Part shown: in pieces, positions 24,982-25,365 of the stretch
Layout of the letters: every line of letters begins with the position of its first letter
Numbering within the stretch: position 1 is the first letter of the stretch
IMG/VR virus record: IMGVR_UViG_3300027808_000151
Coordinates: 1 to 25,365 of that record
Source of the DNA: a virus
Taxonomy: Duplodnaviria; Caudoviricetes
Strand: one strand, 5' to 3'
Length of the DNA: 25,365 nucleotides
Notes under the pieces: generated by a model
The model's input: only the letters and a program-made list of their open reading frames with translations
Told to the model about the DNA's origin: nothing
Database searches by the model: none
Position numbers and translations under genes: made by a program

Positions 24982-25364
24982 TTCTTTTTCTTCTTGTTAA
25001 AGTAACCCATCTTATCGTTTGGATTTTCCATTGGCTCTTTGTTTGTTGAACCACCTAAAACACCAGCTACTCCCATTTCGGAATCTGATGGATCATTAAA
25101 TGATTCTCTAAATCGTTTAAAATCGACTTGCTCTCTATATGTCACATCGCCAAGACCAGACATAGGGTATACTGTTCCCTGTTGGCGAGTATCAAATTCT
25201 TGGCTGATTCCGGAAACATTCCTCATTCTCTGACTAACAGTAGGAGAATCAACCAAGCCTTTTTTCTTTATTTTTTCTTTGTCTTTGCTGAAGTTGCTTT
25301 CTTTCGGGGCTGGGTAGACTTTAACTGTGGGGCCGGAGTCTTCGGTGTAGGTTCTGAAGGTGTA
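24978..25364 (-). CDS. hypothetical protein, 5'-truncated by the window
   Basis: Frame stays open upstream of the TTG at 25256 to the window edge (YTFRTYTEDSGPTVKVYPAPKESNFSKDKE...). Confidence 0.65.
   Translation of the reverse strand, partial: YTFRTYTEDSGPTVKVYPAPKESNFSKDKEKIKKKGLVDSPTVSQRMRNVSGISQEFDTRQQGTVYPMSGLGDVTYREQVDFKRFRESFNDPSDSEMGVAGVLGGSTNKEPMENPNDKMGYFNKKKKK
25268..25363 (-). CDS. overlapping alternative-frame ORF end (P/T/K-rich), 5'-truncated
   Basis: TPSEPTPKTPAPQLKSTQPRKKATSAKTKKK*; protein-like tail with many A/T-ending codons. Confidence 0.4.
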   Translation of the reverse strand, partial: TPSEPTPKTPAPQLKSTQPRKKATSAKTKKK

Positions 25365-25365
25365 A

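Noticed and set aside
1104-25233. Numerous short + strand ORFs from the six-frame track
   Set aside because: All are antisense shadows of well-supported minus-strand genes with no recognisable motifs.
1-25365. tRNA, rRNA, CRISPR array, transposase or stop-codon reassignment
   Set aside because: No cloverleaf or repeat-spacer pattern was seen by eye; core genes translate full length in the standard code.

Overview
A segment of a large AT-rich T4-superfamily (myovirus-like) phage genome. The host is probably Gram-negative, judging from the spanin pair. Apart from one GC-richer, 5'-truncated Gp88-like gene on + (ending in a strong terminator), everything is tightly packed on the - strand. In transcription order (right to left) it contains: (i) putative internal-head proteins with T4-type capsid-targeting N-termini and Glu-delimited modules, one ending in a classical -1 frameshift signal (A AAA AAG plus hairpin) that opens a 54-codon extension; (ii) a fibre-like structural gene and a cUUCGg terminator; (iii) an 8-gene lysis/membrane cassette (i-spanin, o-spanin, GH19 endolysin, holin-like proteins); (iv) primase, thyX, nrdA, a BPL_N-like GATase, thioredoxin, nrdB, a GIY-YIG protein, RNase H and a degenerate cytidylyltransferase; (v) a sigma70-driven operon with AbrB-like, HExxH/vWA and MazG-like genes; (vi) a late-promoter Gly-rich gene followed by a PlcP-like metallophosphoesterase, a basic peptide and an Agt-like GT4 glycosyltransferase, with a Pho-box-like repeat upstream. 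Group (vi) is a candidate phage-encoded phospholipid-to-glycolipid remodelling system. No tRNA, rRNA or CRISPR array was seen. Family assignments come from motif recognition by eye, not database searches.
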